Part shown: piece after piece, positions 1-12,590 of the stretch
Layout: each line of letters begins with the position of its first letter
How positions within the stretch are numbered: position 1 is the stretch's first letter
The notes under the pieces: model-generated
What the model was told of the DNA's origin: nothing
Databases searched by the model: none
Seen by the model: the letters and a program-made list of their open reading frames with translations, nothing else
Program-made: the position numbers and the translations under genes
Source of the DNA: Octopus sinensis
Lineage: Eukaryota
DNA: 64,000 nucleotides
Direction: 5' to 3'
NCBI RefSeq assembly: GCF_006345805.1
Contig: NC_043008.1
Location: 48,422,001 to 48,486,000 of the forward strand

Positions 1-438
1 GTGTTTGTACGCACACACTGTTAACAGTAGGAGGTTTCTAAAGCCACATACAGCTTCTCATGTGACTTTTGATTAACAATGACCTGTGTTTGTTATTACA
101 TTTCAAATGAATGCAATAAGTTCTGTAGAACTGAGGTACAGAATAAGTCTGCATATGTCACAGAGAACTAACAGATCATCTACACAGAGACGCCAGTAAT
201 ATTGCATAAGCATGAGGAAACTACCTCAAAATTATAGATATAAATAGTAATGAACAAATATATATATATTTATATACTGCTTATGTATAGGTTGCCATTT
301 CACCTTCCATGTCAGCCATCTCTGACGAGTGAATATTATATAACTGGTTTGTTGCCTAACACACCATTATATAATTTCACATGAAACCGATTGGTAAGAC
401 CAGCCATGATGGATAATTAACACTATCAAATTCAGATA

Positions 439-507
<69 letters not shown>
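439..507. repeat. (TA)n microsatellite
   Basis: Directly visible; similar tracts at 804-844, ~10955-10985, ~33060-33110 and 57001-57050. Confidence 0.97.
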
Positions 508-510
<3 letters not shown>

Positions 511-800
511 GACACATGGCCTAGTGATAAGAGTGCTGGACTCGTGATTACAAAATCATAGTTTCAATTCCCACCTCTGAGGTGCATTGCGTCTTCTTGA
601 GCAAAGCACACTTCACTTCACATTGCTCCAGTCCACTCAGCTGCAAATCGGTAACTCTGCAACAAACTAGCATTTCATTGAGGAGTAATGTTGGCCGACA
701 CATCTAGCCAGCAGGACAGTACCAATCAAAGGTTAAAACAAAGTGAGGAATCACATAGTGACTAGCAGTGTACAATATCTGATAGTCTGGTCAATATAGT

Positions 801-803
<3 letters not shown>
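508..803 (+). mobile_element. tRNA-derived SINE family D
   Basis: TGGCCTAGTGAT A-box-like, GTTTCAATTCCC B-box-like, CTTGAGCAAAGCAC..TTGCTCCAGTCCACTCAGCTG core. Confidence 0.75.
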
Positions 804-844
<41 letters not shown>

Positions 845-846
<2 letters not shown>

Positions 847-1222
847 CATAGGCATAGCTGTGTGGTTAAGAGGCTTACTCTGTTTTGAGTTCAGTCCCAC
901 TGAGTGGCACCTTGGACATCACCTTGGGAAAGTGTCTTCTACAGCAGCCCTGGCCTGACCAATGCCTTGTGAATGAATTTGGTAGATGAAAATTGTGTGG
1001 AAGCTTGTCATATATGTGAGTGAGTGTCTTTGTGTTAATCCCTCACTGACTGCTTGGCAACCAATGCTGGTTTGTTTATGTTCCAGTAACTTTCAGCATA
1101 GGAGAGTGATAGAATAAGTATGGAAGTTAAAAGTATGTACAGAGGTGAATTTGTTCAACTAAACCCTTCAAAGCAGTGCCACAGCATGACCACTGTCCAA
1201 AGACTGAAGTAACTAAAAGATA
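845..1222 (+). mobile_element. SINE family A, diverged
   Basis: TAGCTGTGTGGTTAAG..GAGTTCAGTCCCACTG..CCTTGGGAAAGTGTCTTCTAC..GATAGAATAAGTA..CAGCATGACCACTGTCC. Confidence 0.85.
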
Positions 1223-1232
1223 ATGAATGTGC

Positions 1233-1274
<42 letters not shown>

Positions 1275-2253
1275 GATAAATGGAAATATAAATCAACAAA
1301 ACTTTGGTATATTTTGCTATGTTGGTAGCAAAATGAAATTTTGAGAAACCTGTTATACCATTTGGAAGTATTTAGCACATGTATGCGCAAGCGTGCACAC
1401 ACACACATACGCACACACATGTTAGTAGTAGTAGGCAGGTGTGTAGCTTGCACAAACAGAAAGAGTGAGCACTCAATAGGATAAACCAGAAGACTTTATC
1501 GTTATCTTTGAAGTAGAGGAATCCAATATTATGCACTTATTGCTCAAGATAGTTTCCCAAAGTATAGAGTGCATAATTTTGAATTCCTTAACTTGAATTC
1601 TGTTAGCATGTAAGATAAATGGTGAAGTGTATATAAAACAATCTCTAAGTGAGGAAGTGCAGAAATTTATGAATGAATAACTGAATGAATGAAAAAAAAA
1701 AAGGGAAAAAGAATTAATAAAAACTGTTATATGTTTAAAGTTCACTAGTTTAAGTAGAAGAATCTCTTTAACAGAGAACCATGATGACTGTCCTTTGGTA
1801 TTTGCCAGATAAATAAATATATCCCAATGTTGAACAGTGGCAGAAAACAGAGTGAGGAGGAGGAGGAAGGTCAAGGTTTGTTAAATGAAATATGTGACAC
1901 TGGTCCAGTCTCGAAATCTGTAGAATATGTAATGAAGGGTGGAGGGGAAGGGGAGTAATGAGAGAGAGAGATTTTCTTCTAATAAGAAATAGGTTTTATG
2001 CGTGAGGAAATTAAGATTAGACAGCTTACTTTCAGAATCAACAGTTTCAACTACAGAAAATAAATGGTAGAAATGTTGCTAGCGGTGGTGGTGGTGGTAA
2101 TAAAGACAACATGGTGGTGAAGATGGTAGCAAGGGTGCCAGGAGCAATGGGGATGTTAGAGAGTAACAATCAGCAATTACAATTCTCCACCCATTAAAAG
2201 ATGCAGAGAATTATTATTATTATTATTATCATTGGTATTAGTATTATTATTAA

Positions 2254-3203
2254 GACAGTATGCTGGCAAAATATAAAGAGCTAGAAGAAACACCATTAAA
2301 CATTTTGTTCAATATGATAACAATTCTAAGTTCAAATTTTCCGCAGTCAACTTTGCCTTTCATCTTTTCGAGGTTGATAAATTAAGTACCAGTCATACAC
2401 TTGGGATTGATGTAATCGACTTTCCCCCACCTTAAAAATGCTGGCCTTGTGCAAAAATGAGAAAGACCAATTTTAATTGATAGAATGGCAAAGTCACTAC
2501 AGCATCAGACAAACTGCCTTGAGCTATTTATTTATTTACATCTCTTTATTCAATAGAGCCAGGAAGGAGGAATGGTTAACTCAACCTCAGTGGCACTTGA
2601 ACTCCGCACATAAAGTACCAGTCAAATATTGCAGTGATATAATCTTCTTAGTGCCATCCCCTCAAAATTACTAGCTTTTTGCCTAAATTAGAAATTATTT
2701 AGGACAGTTGATTACTAAAATCATTAAAATAGGAGACAAAATGGCTTTTGGTATTTAGTTCCAACTCTTTGCATTCTGAGTGAAAGACAGGACTGACTTT
2801 GGCAGCTTTGCCTTTCATCCTTCCAGTGCCAATAAAATAAAATACCAATCTAGAAGAGGGGTCAATCATATAATTTAACCCTCTCCTTGCAAAATCGTTG
2901 CTCTTGATCTGAAATCAGAAACTATTGTTGTTTATTATTATTATTATTAATTATTATTATTTATTATTAATTATTATTATTTATTATTATTATTAGTGCT
3001 GGCAGACTCGTTAGCACACTGGACGAAATGCTTAGTAGCATTTCATTCATCTTCATATCCTGAGTTCAAATTTTGCCAAGGTCAACATTGCCTTTAATCC
3101 CTTAAGGGTCAATAAAATAAGTAGCAGTCAAGCACTGGGTTCAATGTAATTAAATCCCCACTTTCCTCAAAACTGCTGGTTATGTACAAAAATTTGAAAG
3201 CAT
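2254..3203 (+). mobile_element. Three same-strand SINE B copies (approx. 2254-2466, 2737-2922, 2996-3203) with (TTA)n tracts before the first and third
   Basis: Each carries the TTTGCCTTT(C/A)ATC core; the first and third also have GAGTTCAAATT and the GCTGGCA head. Confidence 0.8.
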
Positions 3204-3351
3204 TATTAGCAGAGTGGTTATGCTACAATATAAGGGGACAGCATTGATTAATGCATTATATCATTTAAGCCTCATAGCACATATCTCATATATAGGTAAA
3301 TGTATATACATATATATACACATTCAAATATATGCAATGTGTGTGTGTGGT

Positions 3352-3605
3352 TATAACAGTCTCACCTCAGACTGTTTGGCCACGTTGCCTGATTTTCCAA
3401 GTTAGACCCTGCTTTCTATGTCCTCATCATGGAGGGTCTGGCTGGGATGACAGCTCATGTTGGCTAACCACATGCCACATGGTGACAACATGTGGCATGA
3501 GGCAGTATCTCACAGAGATGGAAACTGACTAGGACTCTGCCTAAGAGGACTAAGGAATATAGTGACAGATAGTGAATGCAGTAATGTATTGCAATACACT
3601 GCAAT
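3352..3605 (+). pseudogene. RTE-clade LINE ORF2 C-terminal relic (second RTE lineage)
   Basis: HLRLFGHVA*FSKLDPAFYVLIMEG...G*PHATW* resembles the RTE C-terminal LR..GHVAR...D....GRPR.TW pattern. Confidence 0.6.
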
Positions 3606-4288
3606 GGGGGGTGGGCATGCCCCCTCACTTGGCCTGGATCTAGGTGTTCTAGGTGCAAACAGGGCTGTGTGGTTAAGGAGTCTGGTTCAGAGACACGAGG
3701 TCCTAGATTTGATATCGATACATGGCACCCCATCAGTAAATGTTCAGGTGTAATTCTTAAACTGACTTTAAAATAATATGAGAACTTTATTTTAATACAC
3801 ACCCACACACACTCTTGTGTGTGTGAAGTGAGAGAGATTTGAAATTAGAAGTAAGAAATCATATTTGCCACTGGATTACATTGTAATTGTGTGCATGTGT
3901 GTGTGAGAGAGAGAGAGAGAGTGTGTGTGTGTGTGTGATGCAGTAACATGAAAGAAAGACAGAAATGAAGTACTATAACAATATTGTCCAGACCACCATC
4001 ATCCATATCATCATCATCATCATCATCATCGTCATGAAGTAAGCACTTACAAACAGGTAATCAGATTAAGCTGACATATAAAGCAGCAGCTGTCAGAAAA
4101 GGCCACCATCTTGATGTGAGGAGGGACAACTGAGTTAATTATGTACCCTATTGGATGAATGAGTCAGTGGATTGGATCTAATTATTTATTTAAAGCAAAG
4201 GGTTAAGGGTTAAATTATTTTCCTTATTTAACATTTAACCCCTTCACTTGTGTATGTGTATGCAAACACACACACACACGCCTGCATA

Positions 4289-4440
4289 TGTAATCATCAC
4301 TTAATGTCCATGTTCCATGCTGGCATGGGTTGGACAGTTTTACAGGATCCAATACAGCCAAGGACTGCATCATGTCTGCTTTGGCAGGGTTTCTATGGCT
4401 GGATGCCTTTTTAACACCAACCACTTTACAGCAGAAATGA
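4289..4440 (-). mobile_element. RTE-type 3' end (family C)
   Basis: ATCATCACTTAATGTCC..TTCCATGCTGGCATGGGTTGGA..TTTCTATGGCTGGATGCC is the reverse complement of the RTE tail. Confidence 0.75.
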
Positions 4441-5760
4441 GTTCTCTCTCTAACACACACACACACACACACACCTGTGCTCATAAGCTAAATGCTTATT
4501 ATAGAAAAGAAACTTGTGGCTGTTAATTATTTCAGGGCCTAAAATGTCATTTGTCTTTTAAAAAGGACCTACAATTCCTGTAATTTTAACTAAGTTACAA
4601 TAATAAAGATTTACTGTTCTCTAAAAAAATTCCCCTTTTTCTTTTCTTTTCTTTTCTTTCTTTTTTTTTTTTCGCAGTAAGCAAACATCTCCAAACTGTA
4701 ATAGTCTCCAGTGTCCAATGATGGCCATCATTGTTAGAAATTTCAAAATACACTCTGTGCATCAAAGAGGTGTTTATTTAGTAAATTTATGCTTTATTTT
4801 TTTTTTATCTGCTTTATTTTGTGAATTGAGAGTAAAAAATAAACAAACAGGATAGAAACTACATTGGCTCCTTCCTAATGCTGACATAATTTCGAATCTT
4901 CCTGGCAGCCTGTTACTAATCCCAAACCTGAAGCATTTCATTAAGAATGTTTACAGGAAACACTTCATTCAATCAAAACAGCAGAGGGAGGAGAGAAGGG
5001 TAAAGCTAGGCTTTCCTCTACAGCTTTTCTCCTTCCTCTTCCTTCACCTCACACTTGGTTTAGCACCATCTTCGTTGAAGTCAGGTTGAGGGAAATATTT
5101 CAATGTTTACACAAGATGGGATTCCTGATAAAATACACAGACCCAAATATATAACATATCAAACTAATGTAACAGCAATAAAAATCACACACACACACAC
5201 ACCACACACACACACACGCATATACACAAACTAAAAGAATAATAAAAAACAATATCACTGAACGAATTAATGGAAATTGTTTAATTATTCAGAAATCTTT
5301 TCTCAATATCTTGAAAAGTTTCTCAAAGTTAGAGGAACTTATTTTGAAGACCAACTAAAACATAAACCAGAAAAGGGGGAAATATTGCTGTCAAAATATC
5401 AACTTTTCTTTTTCTATAATGTTCAGCAAGATCTTTCAGCTGTTGGCTTGTAGAGTCCATGACAGCAATAAGCTATAAAAATAGAATGCATTTAGGTATT
5501 TGGAATATTCTGACAATTTTCAGAGTTTACATCAAAACGGTGGAGGTCACAGACCCTGCCAAACAAACAAACTAGTATGTCAAGTAAGGAGAGAATTATA
5601 TAGATAAGTGGATATGAATAACTTAAAAACGGACTTAAATGAAAACTTAACATAAAGACATTTTACCACATTAGTTTTGAAAATTCAATAATAGCATTCC
5701 AGAATTATTCACTGCTCTCTCTCTCTCTCTGTAATATAATTGGTGCAACAAGAAAGGCAC

Positions 5761-5890
5761 CTAGTACTCTGTAAAGTCATCGACATTTGGAAGGGCATCC
5801 AGCTGTAGAAAGCAGACAGTGGAGTGTGGTCGGACCACAGACCTATCAGATCTTGTCAAACCATCCAACACATACCAGCATAGAAGATGC
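5761..5890 (+). mobile_element. RTE-type 3' tail fragment (family C)
   Basis: GGAAGGGCATCCAGCTGTAGAAA, same as the RTE tail at ~25990. Confidence 0.65.
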
Positions 5891-6352
5891 ATAAAGGGTA
5901 AATTGCATGATGCTTGTATACAAAATTTGGTACTACATGGTGGCCAGATATGGGCCTTGAATGCAGAAGACTTAAATACTAGTAAGAAATGAAGCAAGTG
6001 TGCTTCAGTGGGTCTGTAATGTTAATGTGCATGGAGGATGGAGTAGAAATAAGTTGAAAGAAGAAGTGGATGTAAGAGGAATCAGCTGTAGTGTGCAACA
6101 GAGACAACTGCATGAAGGGGGATGGGTAAGTGACATGCATATGGAAGACAACAGTTGCATGAAGAAGGACTAATCACAAACTGCATCCATAGAGTAGGGA
6201 GACTGGGAGAAAAGATGAAATGAAGTGGTGAAGACTGAGGTTGAACGTCTGAATGAAGAGGACAAAGAGATCACCACAAGTGACAAGTACTGTGTTGGAA
6301 TACACCCAGCCAACCCAAGCAACCATGGTAAGCACAGACATAAAAATGATGA
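5891..6352 (+). pseudogene. Degraded RTE LINE ORF2 C-terminal fragment with tail
   Basis: IKGKLHDACIQNLVLHGGQIWALNAEDL..RNEASVLQWVCNVNVH is homologous to 25160-25300 of the RTE in this window; it ends in ...AAAATGATGAT. Confidence 0.75.
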
Positions 6353-9194
6353 TAGAATTTTGGCTGAATCTCTGTCTATTTTGCTTCTAACATTCAGTTT
6401 CCAATCATACCACATGTGTAGAGTCAGTGACATATTGGGTCTTTCAATCCCCACCTTAACACCATCTAACTGTATTTGTTCCTTATTAATCCTTCTTCAA
6501 TTACTCTCTCTCTCTCTCACTTCTTCCTCTATCAGTCACTAAGGACATCCATCATTCTCTCTCTTCATCTTTCTTCCCCTCTCTCTCCCATGACTCAACC
6601 ATCATGTAGCCACCAATCACTCTCAATTTTCCATTAGTCAATCTTCTATCACTCTCTCAGTAAGCTTTCTATTCAATCCCCTTACCAACAACCCTTGTGT
6701 AGCCACCACCTCTCTTCTTTCTCTCTCATCCATCACCCTTTCATTCCTGTCATCCTAGTTCTTTTGTCATCCACAGAGAAAAGTTGTTAAAGAAAACACT
6801 GAAGTTATTTCTTTTTTTTCTTTTTTACAAAAAAAAAATAATCAATTCGGTCTCCCCTTGTTAATTAGCCACATCTCATTTACCTCTAAAACACATCACC
6901 AGAATACATGTCTCCTCAAGAATCTCAATACTGGAATCGATGAGGTACCAAACTTCCAGTCAATACTCACAGTTTCTAATCACAGTTGGAAGGAAGCAGA
7001 GCAGATGAGAAGAGAGAGAGACAGCAGCTTCCATTCCAGTTCTCCCTCTGCTAGAAGTGGAGCACTGAAGTGGAAATCAACAAGTGCTCTGGAAATTATA
7101 AGACCGAAATCAAATTATATTTATATTGCATTTCCTTGCAAAAGAGTTTAATTTTCAATAGACAGCACCAAACACACAAGAGTGCGTGTATGTGTGTGCA
7201 TGCACACGCTTGAGAGAGAGAGATAGTTTTGTGTGTGTGTGAGTGCACACACACACACATATATAATTTCATCTGATATAAAAGTACACTTGTAGTAAGA
7301 AGTCCCAAGATGATCGAATCAACAAGAACCAAACAAACAAGCTTACACCTAAAGCTAGTTTATTATTGCATTAAACACCAGGAAACGAAATCATTGTAAT
7401 AATTACTTTATGGCTCCCAGAATAGATTCTTCCTTCAGAGCTTGTGGAAGCCTTTAAGTCGTGCAACAGTGAAACTGGCAAAATTTAATATCATTAATAA
7501 TATTTCATTTCCATAAAGCATAACAAGTTTGCAGATACAATGGAACAAACAGGTTAAATGTTGTACTGTCTTCAGTCTTGTCCATCTGTACTCTGGCTTT
7601 GAAGCCCATCATAATCAGCTTTATCTTTCATCCCTGAAGCATTGATGAAATAACTGTAATACACTGAGGGTTAATTCTATTAGCTACACCACCTCCTCAT
7701 TTCATACTAAATTGCTATGGTGCCTAAGTTAGAAATCAATATTTTCCCTGAAATAAAAATGGTTAACAACACTTGCTCACAGAGTTGAAAGGATGCAGCA
7801 AATGTAGAAGAAATATTGCTGACAGTCAATGGGAAGAAGAATAGAATTACTAACATTTGTTTGAAACAGTTTGGAAAATATCTCAGCTTTTCTCCTTAAT
7901 TGTTAAATTTTATTTGTATGAAAAAGATGTCTGAAATTTTAAACATTTACACTTCATTCTCACGTAAGAGCAACTATTTTTTCTATCTGGATGATCATTC
8001 TCCTATTGGTAAGAAACTCTCAAGAGACAGCCGAACAGCAGAAGGTCTTCAGAGGAGAAAACCCCCTCAGGGGTCAGGGTCACATTCACATCATGATTCT
8101 TGAGTGCCCTTCTGCTGATACTTTTTAACCACTTGAATATCAGAGACCTGGGGACTTTTAGGTCAGGAATGCCAGATGAGTGGACCAATATCCTTACATA
8201 ATGCAAAGATTCTGAACCTATTACTCAAAGTATTATTCTGAAAAAGCTGCAAAGACAAATTCTTTTTTATTTTGAAATATCTAACCATTACTGAACTGTA
8301 CTGCTTGTGTAAAACTAGGGATGCCACTGGACCTACCTAGCTGACTGCCCCTCCCTGTCCCACCCTCTGTGTAACAGGGAAAGATATTGGGCCTAACTCT
8401 ACCAATGTCATCCAGCTCAAAACTTATTTGTTTGTACTTGATACAAGCTAGTGCTGGTGCCATGATAAAATAGGTCCATCAGGCCTCACAGAGTGTACTG
8501 GATGCAATGGATAAATTGTTTGAAAATAAGATAGTTTGAAGGGAATTTGGCTGCCATATATAGCAACCATGTGCAGGCTCCTTCACTGGTTCACCCCCTC
8601 CCCTTATCTTGATCTCCCAACCATGAGTCTAAAAAAAAAAAAAAGAAAGAAAATATAGATACTTCCCTCAACCTAACAAATAAGTCATCAAGTCTGACTA
8701 AAATAAATAAAAAAAATTAAAAGGCAAGGCATCTCTCAAAATGATTCAGGAAGGGTTTGGCTGAAGAAGGCATGGAAGAAATATAGTTAAGTAGGCGAGG
8801 TAAGTAGGTTTGATTTTTGATTAAAGTGTTTCGTCCTACCTTATGGGTTTCCACCATAACCAGGGGAGGGATAGGCTACCCCAGACTAGTTTGTTGTCTA
8901 TGATACACTTACATGATGAGGAAGTTTTTAGAGGTGACCTACAGACCCGTTGAAAGGTCATGGGAATTTTTATTTAGGAAAAGCAGACATGACTGTGTGA
9001 TAAACCCTTTCACTATAAAATTAAATCTCCAAGTTGTTCCAGGAACAATGTTGAATGTCTACCAAAAAATAGAATTGCCATCTACTCCAAGTCACGTTGC
9101 CTCAATAAACTTGACACATCTCAGCAAAATATAGTCAGAAACATGACATTCCTCAGCAAAAGAATAGATTGGTATATAAAACTTCTTTCCTCAG

Positions 9195-9590
9195 CAAAAC
9201 GGTAAAGTGGTTCACTTCCCAACCATGTGATTTCAGGTTCAGTCCCAACATGCAGTATCTCAGGCAAGTGTCTTCTACTATAACTCTGGGTCAAATAAAA
9301 CCTTGTCAGCATATTTGGAAAACAGAAACTAAAAAGAAGCTTTGTGTGTGTGTGTGTATTTTTCAACGCTCATTTACATGCAAGTCATAAGTTCCAAGTG
9401 GTGTTGTTGTCATTTCTGCCAATAAACAATCTGCTTGCCTCATGCCTTCAAAGCTGCCTGAAATGAGAGATCCCTTACTTGAAAAACAAGTGTTAGCATC
9501 AGGAACGGTATCTGGCTGGAAAACAATACCTCAATAACACAATCGTCTAACCCATGCTAACATGGGAAAAGAGATGTAAAAATAACAAAG
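9195..9590 (+). mobile_element. SINE family A head with alternative RTE-like 3' module (A2)
   Basis: CAGGTTCAGTCCC..GGCAAGTGTCTTCTACTAT, (GT)n, then TTAGCATCAGGAACGGTATCTGGC..AACCCATGCTAACATGGGAAAAG. Confidence 0.75.
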
Positions 9591-9639
9591 AAAGAAGCAT
9601 CTAGATGTATATTTTTTTTTTTTTTGGTATAGTTTCATT

Positions 9640-9752
9640 CAGATCAGTACATTACTTTAGCAACCCCAGAGGAATGTGGACGAAACATAACTCTGGTGGG
9701 ATTTGAACTTAGAAACTAAATAATAGCACAAAGTATTTTGTCTGATGCCACC
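9640..9752 (-). mobile_element. SINE B fragment
   Basis: GGGATTTGAACTTAGAA..AAAGTATTTTGTC is the reverse complement of the B head/core. Confidence 0.5.
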
Positions 9753-9841
9753 AATCACTGGAGACTTTCTTTTTTAAAAGCAAATATCCACTTTTTGTTC
9801 AAAACCATTGAACCAGCAAAAGGGAAGTGCATATATGTGGT

Positions 9842-9875
<34 letters not shown>

Positions 9876-9960
9876 TCAGAGAGACAGAGAGAGACAGACA
9901 GACAGAAAGAGAGTGAGAGAGAGATTCTAAGTAAATTAGTTTTAGAATAGTTTATGTCTT

Positions 9961-10440
9961 TTGGAAAGCGATCCTTGCCCAGCAGGTAACCTGCCATATA
10001 CGCGTCTCAGATAACCTTCTCCATAACCAAAAGATAACAGTCATAACAATCCACTTCACTTCTGATACTCAATGGGGGAAGTGTGTTTTTGCTGGGGTTT
10101 TTTTTAATAACTTTTCCTACTTTGGGGAATATGAGTCGTTGCGGGGGGGGGGACAAAGCCAGATCCACGTAAAGTTATGACAGTTGTTAGTTTATTAGGT
10201 TAATACAGACATAATGTGAGCAACGTAAAACATAAAATAAAAATTCCTTTTGACACGCAACTTTTCCTCATAATTTTTAATTATCAAATTACTGGAGCTA
10301 AATTCGAATTAAAATCTTTCATTCACAACTCTCCCACACAAGAAAGAGAGCGACCTATTAAGTTGATCGGAGTTATCTCCCTTACAACAGTCACGCTCTC
10401 TGAAATTTCAGCTGTAAAAATATATTCCGTCACTTAGGAG
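9961..10440. promoter_or_regulatory. Small CpG-retaining non-repeat block
   Basis: 13 CpG in 480 bp versus about 3 in the 960 bp at 7441-8400. Confidence 0.25.
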
Positions 10441-10949
10441 AAAACAAGCCAGCAGCAGAATGCTGCTAGAAATAGCAATCAAATCTCCCTTAGATCACTA
10501 TCTTGTAGAGCCATAAAAGATGAAGGAGACTTTGGGTAATAGTTACATTCTCTGGAACAAATCAGGATAGACCTGGATCTAAGCAATAACACAGCCAGGA
10601 TGTCTGCATACGGTTCCTCGTCCTGTTAGAAACAGCAGTCAAATTTCCATTATAAATTAAATAGAGATGAGAACATTTCTTTTTTACCCAATTCATGATA
10701 TAAAACATATTTGCAGTTTTATGTGCTACAACAAATCTGCTGATGGTGGTGTTGGCAGCGGCGATGAAGGTGGTGGTGGTGGTGTGTGTGTGTGTCTTAG
10801 ATTAAAAATGCAAGTGAACCAAAACTAATCAAATGAATGGATTAGAACAACAATTTGTTTGAGAATATAGTTTTGACCCGTTGACGACTGAGAGGGTAGC
10901 AGATCTAAGGCAGACAGTTTAGACCAATTCTACAGGTTATTATTATTAC

Positions 10950-10987
<38 letters not shown>

Positions 10988-11820
10988 AGAGAGAGAGAGT
11001 TTACTTGTTCCATTAAGGTAAGATCATCAAAATGCTTTATCCAGTGATAGATAAATATGGTCCAAAATAAACAAAAAAAAAACAGAGACAAAGTGAAATA
11101 ACAACAATCAGGGAAAGTAAGTTTAATGCTCAGGGAAAATGGGAGAAGCCTTTAAAGTTTCAGGCCTACAGAAACGATAGATGAGGAGGGAGAAAAAGAT
11201 GCAACTTGTTGGGGAGAGGGGCATAACCACACACACACAGCTAACTCATTCAAGCTTTGATCCTAGCCACCATCTTGCTTTAAAAAAAGAATTTAAATTA
11301 AACATTTCATTAGTTTTAAAAGAAATCCCTTTTTTGTTATTAATTAATAATGTTAACTCACAAATCACTCCATCCATGCATGCCTGTCTTTTAAGAGATT
11401 TATAATGACAATAGCAGCAGTTTCAGTTTCAATCCTGTGGAAATGTGTGGAAGCCCTGCTAATAGGATTGTTTCTATTTTTTGAGTGCTAGTCTAAATCC
11501 ATTTCTCAAGTTTAACCTTCTGGCCCTTGGCTACCTTTAGTGGAGTCTCCCCTCTATCTCTGTTGCAAGCACTCAAGACAGGCCACTGGTCTAGGATAAC
11601 TTCCAACTACACCGTACTGGCTATCCTCAAATTGGCTGCGAAGGCTACATTGACTCCTGTGACCATGCAATAAAGAAAGATGAAGAGGATTCACTTGAGG
11701 GAGATTTGTCTACTAATTTTAGCTAATCAAGCAACTGCACAAAAAGCTCCTGAGCTGGATCATAGGCCACAAATTTCTAGTTCATACTGAAAGGACAAGT
11801 TAACTGCCCCTTAATAATAT

Positions 11821-12020
11821 ATTTCTTTACTACCCACAAGGGGCTAAACAGAGGGGGACAAACAAGGACAGACAAACGGATGAAGTCGATTATATCGACC
11901 CCAGTGCGAAACTGGTACTTTACTTATCGACCCCGAGAGGATGAAAGGCAAAGTCACCTCGGCAGAATTTGAACTCAGAACGCAACGGCAGACAAAATAC
12001 GGTTACGCATTTCGCCCAGC
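11821..12020 (-). mobile_element. SINE B, CpG-rich (young-looking) subfamily with a different 3' end
   Basis: ATCGACCCCAGTGCGAAACTGGTACTT..GGATGAAAGGCAAAG..GAATTTGAACTCAGAACG..CATTTCGCCCAGCTC. Confidence 0.9.
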
Positions 12021-12436
12021 TCATACCAATGGTGAACTAGACGTGATTTAGACAAAATGGTCAAAACTAAATACTCTATAATGATATTGAGCCTGGTACA
12101 AGCTAAAACCATTATTCTTTAGTTTCCTCACTTTGGTTAATTCTACAAATGAAAACCATTCACAGACATCACTCTGCAATAGTTTATGAGATCAGATAGT
12201 TTGATAAACTTAATGGGTAATTAGTTATTACTTATCAGCTTGTTAATACTTATCCATTCATTGACAGAACTGTAAACAGTCCAGTGTTGATGGACATCTT
12301 GAACCTGTCCACTAACTTTCCTGAGCTGTAACAAATTATTGTTATCTCATTAGCAACAGACTATCATCATTAGCAACTTTCATCAAAAGCTGACAATGAG
12401 AAATTCATTAATGCCTAAATTAATAATTCATCTTTT

Positions 12437-12590
12437 ATCTTTTACTTGTTTCATTTGTTGGACTATGGCCATGCTGGGGCACCACCTTGCAGAAATCAAC
12501 TCCAGTACATTCTTTCTCTTTTTTTTTTTTCAGCATGGTACTTATTCCATCAGTCTCTTTTGCCAAACTGCTAAGTTACAGGCATTATGT
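12437..12590 (-). mobile_element. SINE family A 3' module
   Basis: TTTTACTTGTTTCA..GGCCATGCTGGGGCACC..GTACTTATTC..TTTTGCCAAACTGCTAAGTTAC. Confidence 0.8.

Noticed and set aside
4198-4215. GGGTTAAGGGTTAA, telomere-like
   Set aside because: Only two imperfect units, not a (TTAGGG)n array.
4630-4680. Long polypyrimidine tract ending in CGCAG (plus-strand acceptor-like)
   Set aside because: Explained by a (CTTTT)n/T-run; no plausible exon or donor follows.
6360-6775. CT-rich block possibly representing a LINE 5' region
   Set aside because: Low complexity, and no protein motif could be read with confidence.
6971-7088. Possible 118-nt minus-strand exon (TTTCCAG| ... ACT|GTGAGT) with an open MEAAVSLSSHLLCFLPTVIRN frame
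   Set aside because: Splice-like hexamers occur often by chance in 64 kb, there is no recognisable protein similarity, and no partner exon was found. Spliced reads would be needed.
10220-10290. Minus-strand MRKSCVSKGIFILCFTLLTLCLY signal-anchor-like peptide
   Set aside because: It ends at a stop after 23 codons with no splice donor before it.
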